This document shows positions 37,186-46,169 of a stretch of DNA of 64,000 nucleotides, one piece after another. The stretch is from Verrucomicrobiia bacterium. GTDB lineage: Bacteria > Verrucomicrobiota > Verrucomicrobiia > Limisphaerales > UBA1319. Below the pieces are notes generated by a model that ran no database searches, was not told the origin of the DNA, and saw only the letters and a program-made list of their open reading frames with translations. Made by a program: the position numbers and the translations under genes. The first letter of the stretch is position 1, and each line of letters starts with the position of its first letter. The stretch lies in NCBI GenBank assembly GCA_963664225.1, contig OY760937.1, positions 2,112,001-2,176,000 on the forward strand. Reading direction: 5' to 3'.

Positions 37186-39160
37186 GTAGAGTAGGCGAAA
37201 TGGACGGATTGAATGGCCGTGGCCAATGACCGTCGCATTTCGCCCCTCATCGAACCGGACAGGCGGTTTTCCCGCATCCGGCTCTCCGGGGATCATACGT
37301 TGCATCGCTTCGACGTCATCGTTTCCATGCCGCATATTCCGGCATTTGGTATAAACCATAACGCTCATAGAGATCCTCCTTGGGGTATGTGGACCATTGC
37401 GCCCGACTACATCCGTGTTTGCGCCACAACCATCGTTGTAACTTGCTGCTGACGTATTCGTTCATCTGGCCCATCACCTTGGTGCTGTTCCCGTAGTGAA
37501 AGTAACCCTTCCAACCTTTGAGTTTCTTGTTGAGCTCGGGAATCACCTCTCCGATATCACGCCATAGCGTGCTTCGGTTGAGTTTCTCCCGAATCCCGTC
37601 TCGAAACTTCTTCTGGCTCTTGGGATGGGGTTCCACATGCGGATATTTCCATTTCCCCTTCCCCTGTCGCATTGTTAGCGCGAATCCCAAGAATTTGATG
37701 CCATCCTGGCGGAGGTCCACCAAGCGGGTCTTCTTCTCGTTGAGCACTAACTCGCGTTGCTTCAGCCATCGTTCCAGTCGTTCCATCAGTTCCCGTCCCT
37801 GCCCCGGCTGTCCGAGTATCACGAAATCATCCGCGTATCTCACCATCACGGGTTTGAGTTCGCAGCGTTCGTTGACTTCCCAATCCAACTGGTTGAGGTA
37901 TGCATTGGCTAAAATCGGCGATACAACCCCGCCTTGCGGAGTCCCCCGTCGATTCTGACCTTGCCCCCCCTTTGTCCCGCCTTTCCCTGTGTCGCTTTGC
38001 GGTTCATTCACGGGCGCGCGCAGCCATCCTGCGATCAGCTTGAGAATTGTTCCATCGCTGACCCGCTTGGCCACTATGCGCAACAAACGCCTGTGGGGAA
38101 TGCTGTCAAAATACCCGCTTAAGTCCGCGTCTATAACTTCGACGCGTCCTGTCAGCGTAGCCTTCTTGATCGCCTCCATTGCTTGGTGGGCATTGCGTTT
38201 GGGATGATAGGCGTAACTGTTCGGATGACTATCGGCTTCCAGAATCGGCAGCAATACAATCACCACCGCTGTCTGCACCACCCGGTCTTTCACTGTCGGG
38301 ATGCCCAGGGGTCGCAGCTTCCCGTCTCCTTTTGGTATATACACACGCTTCACCGGGCTTGGCCGATACTTCTTCGTGCGTAACTCCTCCAGCAGTTGGT
38401 TCCGCCATTGGTCCCAGGCTTCGTCGCTGGCAAGATAGACGTCGCATGTCTGCCCGTCGATCCCAGCCGCGCCATTGTTGTGCGCCACGGAGGCCATTGC
38501 CGTTTCCAGCACGTCCTTCCGCAGCAGTTCTCCGTAGAGGCTGTAAAACCGATACTTCGGCTCAGCCTTGGCTTTGCAATATAGCGCTCGCTGCAGCTTT
38601 TGAACTTTTATCGGGGTTGTTATCCGTTGAAAAAGTGTTTCCACTCCCTCAAGGCCATCTCCCTGTCCCTCGCTGTTTTGATTCGCTTCGATCCAAGTGC
38701 CTTCCCTTGGCTCCGCCGGGGTTTTGGTCGCCCCAGCTTCTTCGCTACTATGGAAGACTCCGACTTCTCTGGCTGCCCGTGCGGCCTCGGAGGGTGTTCC
38801 TCCTTGCACCGGCGGTTGAGGCTTTATCGCCCCGCCTCCAGAGATCTCCCAGCTTACCTTGGTTTCCCTTCCTGTCGTGTCGCCCTCGCTGACTCCGCCG
38901 GAATCAACAGCGCCCATTTGACGATTTGATGACGCCGCGTTTCTGCCTTCGCCGTTCGGGTAGCGGCTCGGCTTACCGGTTATTTCGGTTTCGGAGCTCA
39001 TTTGATGAGGTTTACTTTCGTTACGACCCGACAGTTCTTTCAGCGTCCCGCTTGTGGTTCGGCCTCACGGCCTCGTCCCGGACGCTGCATTTCGGTCGTG
39101 AACCGTCTAATTCGACCGGCGGGACTTTCACCCACGAGGCTACCAATTTCACTGGCGCAC
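37186..39160 (-). mobile_element. Group II intron (IIB-like), complete
   Basis: Starts GTGCG at 39160, ends CTACTCTAC at 37186; domain V GAGCCGGATGCGGGAAAACCGCCTGTCCGGTTC with AGC triad; EBS1 loop matches the 5' exon. Confidence 0.92.
37316..39001 (-). CDS. ltrA: Group II intron reverse transcriptase/maturase (true start probably downstream of 39001)
   Basis: LQRALYCKAK..RFYSLY, AGIDG, RPLGIPTVKDR, GTPQGGVVSPILAN, RYADDF, FLGF. Confidence 0.95.
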   Translation of the reverse strand: MSSETEITGKPSRYPNGEGRNAASSNRQMGAVDSGGVSEGDTTGRETKVSWEISGGGAIKPQPPVQGGTPSEAARAAREVGVFHSSEEAGATKTPAEPREGTWIEANQNSEGQGDGLEGVETLFQRITTPIKVQKLQRALYCKAKAEPKYRFYSLYGELLRKDVLETAMASVAHNNGAAGIDGQTCDVYLASDEAWDQWRNQLLEELRTKKYRPSPVKRVYIPKGDGKLRPLGIPTVKDRVVQTAVVIVLLPILEADSHPNSYAYHPKRNAHQAMEAIKKATLTGRVEVIDADLSGYFDSIPHRRLLRIVAKRVSDGTILKLIAGWLRAPVNEPQSDTGKGGTKGGQGQNRRGTPQGGVVSPILANAYLNQLDWEVNERCELKPVMVRYADDFVILGQPGQGRELMERLERWLKQRELVLNEKKTRLVDLRQDGIKFLGFALTMRQGKGKWKYPHVEPHPKSQKKFRDGIREKLNRSTLWRDIGEVIPELNKKLKGWKGYFHYGNSTKVMGQMNEYVSSKLQRWLWRKHGCSRAQWSTYPKEDLYERYGLYQMPEYAAWKR

Positions 39161-39329
39161 ACCCGAAATCCGAAATAGGAACGGCCCATCTGACGCAATC
39201 ATTTGGCCATCCATGGTTTGAAACCGGCTGTGGAGTATTGGTTTAATACACCTTCGCCGATTGCAAATCATGGCTGACTCAAAGCATTGCATCGTCTTGA
39301 CCATTCTTATTTCGGATTTCGGGTTTAAA
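39161..39329. mobile_element. MITE-like element with ~29-bp imperfect terminal inverted repeats (left TIR split by the intron)
   Basis: TTTTA|ACCCGAAATCCGAAATAGGAACGG versus reverse complement of CCATTCTTATTTCGGATTTCGGGTTTAAA. Confidence 0.6.
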
Positions 39330-39387
39330 TGCCTTTTTTAATTTGCAGATCCGGGGCTGCCGCCGCCAACGCTTCAGTCTGTCAGAA

Positions 39388-42117
39388 TCATTTTTCCACA
39401 CGCTGGATGCGCAGGTTGTCGAGGTAGAATGCGGTGTCCGCCTCCGCCGTGCTGCTGAAGCCCAGCCACTGCAATTCCCGGAAATCCTGGCCGCTCATCG
39501 GGAGAGCCTCAAAGGTTTTGGGTTGTTTACCTTCGGGCCTCAGTGTCAAACGAAACACGCGGGCCGCACTCTTTCCCAGTGGTGCCTGTATCTCCACATG
39601 AATCCATTGACGGCTCGGCACGGTTGCCAGAAGCCTGCCGCCAGCACTGACGTTCCCATTTCCTTCGAAGCGCAAGCTCGGGCCGATGTTCTGCGGGTAT
39701 GAACTGGTGTCGCGCCACTCGGTGATGAACTGCGCGTTGGTTTCAAACCAGACATCGAAGCTCTGGCACACCATGCCGGAGACAAGGTGCGGTTCGTAGT
39801 AGAAATGCGGTTGCCAGTTGGGCCGGAGCGTCGCGGAATCCGTCACTTTCAAACTCCGCTGGCCGCTGGCCGCGCGCTCTCCTGTCACCCGGATCGACGC
39901 CCCCTGCTCCTCGCCGCTAACCCGGGCCTGTTCGGGCGCTGCGCCGACCGGCGTTGTCTCAAATCCATCATCCACCTCCAAAGGTTTTGGGGGCGCAGGT
40001 GGTGGAGGCAGCGCGATCCTGGGGCAGCGCGCGTGGCTGGCCTCGTTCACCCAGGCGGAATCGCCATAGAGTCCGACCTGACTGATATCAAACTCCCCGA
40101 ATCCGAGTTCCAGGGCTGGCGAAGTGCTTTGGAGCCGGAAATCGTGTCCGTCAGCATTCACAAACTGAGGATCCGCAATCCGCGAGTGTGTATCCAGCCC
40201 GATGGCCTGCCATTCTCCAATGGTCCGGCGGAAGAACCGGAGCGCCTCGGGCCCCGCCGTATGCCAGTAAACGTTCTCGTCCCAGTCCCCTGGCGATTCT
40301 TTGGCGGCGAGACGTTCGCCAAGCGATTTTTCGCCGTAGTCCACCATGAGTTGGCCCTGCGTGAGGTAAACGATGTTGCGACGGAAGGCATTGGGACGCT
40401 TTTCGAAATAAGGCCACAGCGCCTGGTTGGCGGAGCAGGCGAAGATGTTATTCCGGATGACATGCTCATGGCCCCCGTTGTTGAACATCAGACCGCCACT
40501 CAGCGTGTTATAGACGAGGTTGCTTTCAACGAGGTAATTCCCGCACTGCGCATCCAGGTAAATTCCCCAGCCCAGAGCCGGCGCGGAGTATGGCCAGAGG
40601 TCGTGAAAGACATTGTTGCGAATGACGCTGCCGGGTGAAACCCCGAGGCAGTAAATCAAGCCGGCGTCACTCATGACCCCATGACCCAAATCGTGAACGT
40701 GGTTGAACTCGATGAGGTTGTTGGTCGTGCGATTCGGCTCCAGGCCCCAGTTCCAGCCGACGCTGATCCCGGTGTAGTAGAAGTCGTGAATGTCGTTGTG
40801 CGAAATTCGGTTTCCGCTGCTTTGGGCAACCCAGATTCCGACGCAGCCGGGATAAATCCGTCCACCGTCGAAGAGGTGGTTATTGTCCACAAGAGTGCGA
40901 CTGGTTTCCGCCACGTCCGAACTGGCCATGCGGTCCTCCCCCACCCGGATGCCGCCCGCACCGAGATCGAAGAGGCGATTGCGCTGGATGCGGCAGTCCT
41001 TGCAGCCCCGCCGGAACCAGATCCCATAGGTGCCGATGTGGGCCACTTCACAACCTTCGATGGCGCAGTCCATGGCCCCATCCGCCGTGATGGTGGCCGG
41101 GACTTCCACGGCCGCCTGGGTGCTGCTGTTACCCTTGGCGTCGAGCACCCAGTCCGCGTGATGAAAGGCCAACCCCCGGAGGGTCACGTGCCTCACGAAC
41201 TGGCCCTTCCCGGGATCGCCAGCCAGGGACACAAAGTTGGTCAACACAGGAGCCATAATCGGCGTGTCGCCCAGCCGTTCCCCAGGCATCGGCCAATAGG
41301 TCAGCACGCCCGTTTCGCGGTTGAGATACCATTCCCCCGGGGTGTCGAGCAATTCTCGCGCGTTCTCCACAAAATAACGCTGATGCTCCTCCCAGTATCC
41401 CAAGCCCCACCACTCCTTCATCGGGGCGGCCAATTCGACGATATTGGAAACCGTGTCCACCGACTTGAGCGGGTGGATGGAGTTCTCCCATGAATGCATG
41501 AGCACCAGGTTCACATCGTTGAGCCGTGGCCAGGGCTGAAGATCCCCGGGCGCAAATACGAACCGTTCGCGCGCCACGGGTTTGGCGTTCGGAATCGGCG
41601 GGCCGGGAATCAGCCGCGCGATGCGGTAATAACCGGTGTTCGGGGAACGCGCCCGCTGGCGCCGCTGCCCATCGACAAATAATTGCCGGAAATACCACTG
41701 CCCCGATTTTACTTCAGGGAGGGTGGTCTCCCAAAGGTTCCCGGTCCGATGAAACCCCGTGATGGATCGTCCGCCGGAGAAAACCGGCTTCTCATTCTGG
41801 AACGCGGCATATACCACCGGCCCCTCGGTTGTCCCGGAGTCTTGGGGCTGGAGCACTAACGGTGCTTTCAGGAAATAAGTTCCGCCGCGCACAAAGACCT
41901 GCACCGGCCGACTCCCAATCTCCGACCGCTGCTCCCGGATCCGGTCGCGGGCTCCCGCCAACGAAGACAACGGCCCGTCTGTACGCGCCGCGTTGGGAGC
42001 GGCCAGACGGCCGGACCAACCGTCCTCGCCATTGGTGGAGATGTAGAGCGTGAAAGGTGCCGGGGCGGCGGCTGTCGCGGTGCAGACAGCCAGAAAGAGG
42101 GCCAGAATCAGGTTCAT
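39388..42117 (-). CDS. Secreted right-handed parallel beta-helix protein (GH141-like) with C-terminal beta-sandwich
   Basis: YISTNGED.WSG, VRGGTY, LDTPGEWY, YTGISVGWNWG, GIYLD, NxI repeats. Confidence 0.85.
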   Translation of the reverse strand: MNLILALFLAVCTATAAAPAPFTLYISTNGEDGWSGRLAAPNAARTDGPLSSLAGARDRIREQRSEIGSRPVQVFVRGGTYFLKAPLVLQPQDSGTTEGPVVYAAFQNEKPVFSGGRSITGFHRTGNLWETTLPEVKSGQWYFRQLFVDGQRRQRARSPNTGYYRIARLIPGPPIPNAKPVARERFVFAPGDLQPWPRLNDVNLVLMHSWENSIHPLKSVDTVSNIVELAAPMKEWWGLGYWEEHQRYFVENARELLDTPGEWYLNRETGVLTYWPMPGERLGDTPIMAPVLTNFVSLAGDPGKGQFVRHVTLRGLAFHHADWVLDAKGNSSTQAAVEVPATITADGAMDCAIEGCEVAHIGTYGIWFRRGCKDCRIQRNRLFDLGAGGIRVGEDRMASSDVAETSRTLVDNNHLFDGGRIYPGCVGIWVAQSSGNRISHNDIHDFYYTGISVGWNWGLEPNRTTNNLIEFNHVHDLGHGVMSDAGLIYCLGVSPGSVIRNNVFHDLWPYSAPALGWGIYLDAQCGNYLVESNLVYNTLSGGLMFNNGGHEHVIRNNIFACSANQALWPYFEKRPNAFRRNIVYLTQGQLMVDYGEKSLGERLAAKESPGDWDENVYWHTAGPEALRFFRRTIGEWQAIGLDTHSRIADPQFVNADGHDFRLQSTSPALELGFGEFDISQVGLYGDSAWVNEASHARCPRIALPPPPAPPKPLEVDDGFETTPVGAAPEQARVSGEEQGASIRVTGERAASGQRSLKVTDSATLRPNWQPHFYYEPHLVSGMVCQSFDVWFETNAQFITEWRDTSSYPQNIGPSLRFEGNGNVSAGGRLLATVPSRQWIHVEIQAPLGKSAARVFRLTLRPEGKQPKTFEALPMSGQDFRELQWLGFSSTAEADTAFYLDNLRIQRVEK

Positions 42118-42190
42118 GGCCGCAAAGCTATGGCCCGCTCTGATGCGGGTCAACGGGGAAAAGTCCTCGCGCCGGGGCATCGGAAATGGT

Positions 42191-43708
42191 TTACAGCAAT
42201 TCAGCCGCGCGAGCCGCCATTTCGCTGCGTTCGCACTTGCAGAGCGGGATTACGGCCGTAAACGGCTCCCGACCCAGCCGGTCGGCTGCGTAGGTCAATC
42301 CATTGCTGAGTTTATCGAGGTATGGCACATCGATTTGATCGGGGTCGCCGGTCAGCACCACCTTGCAGTTCTTGCCCGCGCGCGTGATGATGGTCTTGAT
42401 TTCGAGCGGCGTGGTGTTCTGGGCCTCGTCGATGATGACGATGGCGTTATTGATGGAGCGCCCGCGAATGAACTGCAGGGGCTGAACTTCGATGGTCCCA
42501 TCCAACAGGAGCGATTCGAAACGGCCGGAACCGAGGATGAGCTTGAGATTATCGACGATCGGCTGAATCCATGGGCGCATCTTCTCATTGACATCCCCTG
42601 GTAGAAAACCCATTTCCCGGCCAAGGCTCACCATTGGCCGGGCGATGAGTATCTGCATGTCGTTTCCATTTCGCGGCTGGAGCGCGGCTTCATTGGAGGC
42701 TTTTTCGGCGGAGTGGAATTTGCGTTCATGACGAGGGGTTCCCTCCTGTTTTTCAGCGCCATGATAATGTAATTGATTGATCCGCTGAACCTCATCCAGC
42801 GCGGCTGCGATGGCCAGCAGCGTCTTTCCAGTTCCCGCAGGGCCCGTCATGCACACCAGGGTTTTCTTCTTGTCCAGAAGCGCGTCCACGGCGGCGCTCT
42901 GTTCGGTATTCCTGGCCTGAATTCCCCTGTGAGACTTGCCGTTGCAGAGCACTGGCATCTTCAATATGGTCCGGACCCTTTCATCGTGGTCGATGCAGAG
43001 GAGCGTTTCCATCTGGCTCTGCTCGTAGTTCATCACATAGTAACCCGGTATGATGGGCCGGGTCTGGTCGCCGTCCAGGTAAGTCTTGGAAAGAACGCCT
43101 TCCAATAGGATCCCCTGGCCGTCGCTTGAGAACAAAGCGTTGATGGCCTCGTTGGAAAATATTTGCACGTTCAAATGCGGCAATTGCCTGAGTTGCGTTT
43201 TGGCCTGGTCGCGCCGGTAATTCTGCTGCCCGAAACCGCGGCCGATGGCCTTGATCCCCATGAGCGTGTCCTTGGTGACGACGATGATGGGTGTTTTGAA
43301 GGCCGCGCGATGCTTGTAGAGCAAACCAAGGATCTGGTCGTCGCGGGTTTCGCCCTGGACCCGGTCATCGGGGTCATCCATGAGCAGGATGAGTTTGCCA
43401 TTGGTTCCGGGGATTTGAAGTTCAGGAAACGTTTTCCCGTTTGAGCGCGCTTTTTTGCCCTTTGACAAGGGCGTGCCGGCGACCGGAACGGATTGCATGG
43501 AAATGACCTTTTCGGAAAGCCCCCTGCTGATTTCCCGCAGCAAACGGCCGGCTTCCCGCGCATTGCGGTTCTTTTCCTCATTACCTTCCTTGAGCTGATC
43601 CAATTCCAGAATCACGTATTCGGTGACGACAATGACGTTCTCCTCGAAGGAAAACAGGGCCCGGGGATCGTGGATAAGGACGTTGGTATCGAGACAATAA
43701 GTTTTCAT
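42191..43708 (-). CDS. PIN-PhoH (PhoH2-like) ATPase
   Basis: LDTNVLIHDP PIN; GPAGTGKT, GFLPG, RGRS, IIDEAQN, GDPDQID. Confidence 0.93.
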   Translation of the reverse strand: MKTYCLDTNVLIHDPRALFSFEENVIVVTEYVILELDQLKEGNEEKNRNAREAGRLLREISRGLSEKVISMQSVPVAGTPLSKGKKARSNGKTFPELQIPGTNGKLILLMDDPDDRVQGETRDDQILGLLYKHRAAFKTPIIVVTKDTLMGIKAIGRGFGQQNYRRDQAKTQLRQLPHLNVQIFSNEAINALFSSDGQGILLEGVLSKTYLDGDQTRPIIPGYYVMNYEQSQMETLLCIDHDERVRTILKMPVLCNGKSHRGIQARNTEQSAAVDALLDKKKTLVCMTGPAGTGKTLLAIAAALDEVQRINQLHYHGAEKQEGTPRHERKFHSAEKASNEAALQPRNGNDMQILIARPMVSLGREMGFLPGDVNEKMRPWIQPIVDNLKLILGSGRFESLLLDGTIEVQPLQFIRGRSINNAIVIIDEAQNTTPLEIKTIITRAGKNCKVVLTGDPDQIDVPYLDKLSNGLTYAADRLGREPFTAVIPLCKCERSEMAARAAELL

Positions 43709-43845
43709 GCAATTATCAAGGCATCGACCATTGCTGTCATACATGTTTAATCGGCGGAGCAATTTGCGTTCATTGATATAGGACTACAGCCCTCGCCGCT
43801 TTAATCAAGAATTCACATCCAGTTTTTTCGAAGGGGCGATCGCCT

Positions 43846-43870
43846 CGATTTTGATAATTTTTTAACGCTG
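43846..43870 (+). promoter_or_regulatory. Possible KdpE-binding T-rich site
   Basis: TTTTGATAATTTTTTAACGC upstream of kdp resembles the T-rich E. coli KdpE box. Confidence 0.3.
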
Positions 43871-44047
43871 GCAGCCCTCACTTTAACTACCACAATTTGA
43901 AGATGGTCCTACGTTGGATCTCGTGAAGAGACACTCTGACAATGATCGGGTGGCGGGAGGTTCAATTTCATTGCACCGAACGCAGGCTGTGTGGCGCAAC
44001 GGCTTTAGACAAACATGCAAACCCACTCGATTTGCCGGAGATAAAAT

Positions 44048-44131
44048 ATGAATGATCTGATTTATATTGGCGTGATCATCGCTTTTTTTGTGGTGTGCGG
44101 TTTGTACGCACGCTTCTGCGAAATGCTTTAG
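44048..44131 (+). CDS. 27-aa hydrophobic peptide upstream of kdpF
   Basis: MNDLIYIGVIIAFFVVCGLYARFCEML*; preceded by GGAG. Confidence 0.7.
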   Translation: MNDLIYIGVIIAFFVVCGLYARFCEML

Positions 44132-44139
44132 GAGGACTC

Positions 44140-44223
44140 ATGGAAAACCTGATTGCGGGCTTTGTCGCCCTGTTGCTGTTTGGCTATCTGATCGTGGCCA
44201 TGGTTCGGCCGGAAAAGTTTTAA
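44140..44223 (+). CDS. kdpF: K+-transporting ATPase subunit F
   Basis: MENLIAGFVALLLFGYLIVAMVRPEKF*; GGAGG RBS. Confidence 0.9.
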   Translation: MENLIAGFVALLLFGYLIVAMVRPEKF

Positions 44224-44240
44224 GGATTTCAAGGATACAT

Positions 44241-46157
44241 ATGCGCTCCACCGATTGGTATCAGCTTTTACTTTACGTAGTCGCCCTTGCATTGCTTACA
44301 AAGCCGATGGGCCTCTACCTGTATCGTGTCTTGGACGCGAACGGAAGAACCTGGCTGGATCCGGTTCTAAAACCATTGGAGCGGCTCACGTATCGCGTGA
44401 TGGGAGTGAAGTCCGACAGCGAACAAGACTGGCGGCAATACACCTTTGCCATGCTGCTGTTCAGCCTGACGAGCTGTCTCTTCACCTATGCGATCCTGCG
44501 CCTGCAGAATCTCCTGCCGCTGAATCCCCAGGGCTTTGGGCCGATGTCCGCGCATCTGGCCTTCAACACGGCTGTAAGCTTCACCACGAATACCAACTGG
44601 CAGAGCTACAGCGGCGAATCGACGCTTTCGTATCTCTCCCAGATGGTCGGCCTGACGCTGCACAATTTCACTTCAGCCGCAACGGGCATCGCCCTCGCGG
44701 CGGCGCTCGTTCGTGGCATTGCCCGGCATTCGGCAAGGACGATTGGCAATTTCTGGGTGGACCTCGTGCGCACGACCTATTATCTCCTGTTGCCCTGCTG
44801 CGTTGTGTTCGCGGTCGTCCTTGTCTCGCAAGGCATGGTTCAGAACTTCAAGCCCTATACCAAAGCCAGGCTGACCGAATCCTTCACCATCCAGGTTCCC
44901 AAAACTGATGAAAAGGGTCAGCCAGTCATGACGAATGTGGCGATCATGGTCCAAGCTCCCAAACTGGATGCGAAGGGTCAACCGCTGATGGCCAACGGAG
45001 TGGCCGTGATGGTGGATCTGCCCAAGCTGGACGGTAAAGGCCAGCCGATGACGACCAATGTCCCGGTCATGATCGATCAAGTCGTGGACGAACAAACCAT
45101 CGTCCAGGGACCGATGGCCTCGCAGGTGGCCATCAAGATGCTGGGCACCAACGGCGGCGGTTATGCCAACGCCAATGCCGCGCATCCATTTGAGAATCCC
45201 ACGCCTCTCGCCAATTTCCTGCAAATGCTCTCGATCTTCGCCATCGGCAGCGGCCTGACCTATTACCTGGGGCTGATGACAAAGAATCAGGCGCATGGCT
45301 GGTCCGTATGGGGTGCCATGATGGTGCTCTTCATCGCGGGCGCTCTCGCTTGCTGGTGGGCGGAAGCTGCAGGCAATCCGATTCATCAACAGCTTGGATT
45401 GGTGGTTGCCGACGGCAATATGGAAGGGAAGGAAGTCCGGTTTGGAATCTTTAATTCCGCCTTGTTTGCGACCGTCACCACGGACGCCTCCTGCGGCGCG
45501 GTCAATTCGATGCACGATTCGTTCACCTCGCTGGGAGGACTCGTACCGCTGTTCAATATGCAACTCGGAGAAATCGTCGTTGGCGGCGTGGGGGCCGGGC
45601 TTTATGGGATGCTCGTGTTTGTTGTGCTCGCGGTGTTCATCGCCGGACTCATGGTGGGACGCACTCCAGAATATCTTGGCAAAAAGATCCAGTCCTACGA
45701 GGTGAAAATGGCGATGCTGTCGCTGCTGGTGCTTACGCTTTCCATTCTTGGATTCACCGCCTGGGCCGCGGTCAGCGACTGGGGTCTGGCCGGTCTGAAC
45801 AACGCCGGGCCGCACGGTTTCAGCGAGATATTTTACGCCTACAGTTCCGCCAACGCCAACAACGGCAGCGCTTTTGCAGGCCTCACAGCGAACACTCCCT
45901 GGTATGACACGACACTCGGCCTGGCGATGTTGATTGGAAGGTTCCTGATGATCGTTCCCATCATGGCGCTGGCTGGATCGCTTGCGCAGAAAAAGATTTC
46001 TCCCCCCAGTGTGGGCACCTTCCCAGTCGCAGGATTCACCTTCATCGTGTTGTTGGTAGGCACAGTGTTGCTGGTGGGAGCGTTGAATTACCTCCCGGGT
46101 TTGACACTGGGACCGATTGTGGAGCATTTCCTCAACGCCCAGGGAAGGCTGTATTAA
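44241..46157 (+). CDS. kdpA: K+-transporting ATPase subunit A
   Basis: FNTAVSFTTNTNWQ, LGTNGGG, SCGAVN, NNGSAF; start at MRSTDW. Confidence 0.96.
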   Translation: MRSTDWYQLLLYVVALALLTKPMGLYLYRVLDANGRTWLDPVLKPLERLTYRVMGVKSDSEQDWRQYTFAMLLFSLTSCLFTYAILRLQNLLPLNPQGFGPMSAHLAFNTAVSFTTNTNWQSYSGESTLSYLSQMVGLTLHNFTSAATGIALAAALVRGIARHSARTIGNFWVDLVRTTYYLLLPCCVVFAVVLVSQGMVQNFKPYTKARLTESFTIQVPKTDEKGQPVMTNVAIMVQAPKLDAKGQPLMANGVAVMVDLPKLDGKGQPMTTNVPVMIDQVVDEQTIVQGPMASQVAIKMLGTNGGGYANANAAHPFENPTPLANFLQMLSIFAIGSGLTYYLGLMTKNQAHGWSVWGAMMVLFIAGALACWWAEAAGNPIHQQLGLVVADGNMEGKEVRFGIFNSALFATVTTDASCGAVNSMHDSFTSLGGLVPLFNMQLGEIVVGGVGAGLYGMLVFVVLAVFIAGLMVGRTPEYLGKKIQSYEVKMAMLSLLVLTLSILGFTAWAAVSDWGLAGLNNAGPHGFSEIFYAYSSANANNGSAFAGLTANTPWYDTTLGLAMLIGRFLMIVPIMALAGSLAQKKISPPSVGTFPVAGFTFIVLLVGTVLLVGALNYLPGLTLGPIVEHFLNAQGRLY

Positions 46158-46169
46158 CCATTTTTACTC

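Noticed and set aside
37316..39001. Retron or defence-associated RT
   Set aside because: Canonical intron RNA boundaries and a maturase domain are present, and there is no partner effector gene.
43800..44047. c-di-AMP (ydaO) riboswitch upstream of kdp
   Set aside because: Conserved ydaO motifs were not recognisable; KdpDE is present to provide regulation. An Rfam scan would settle it.
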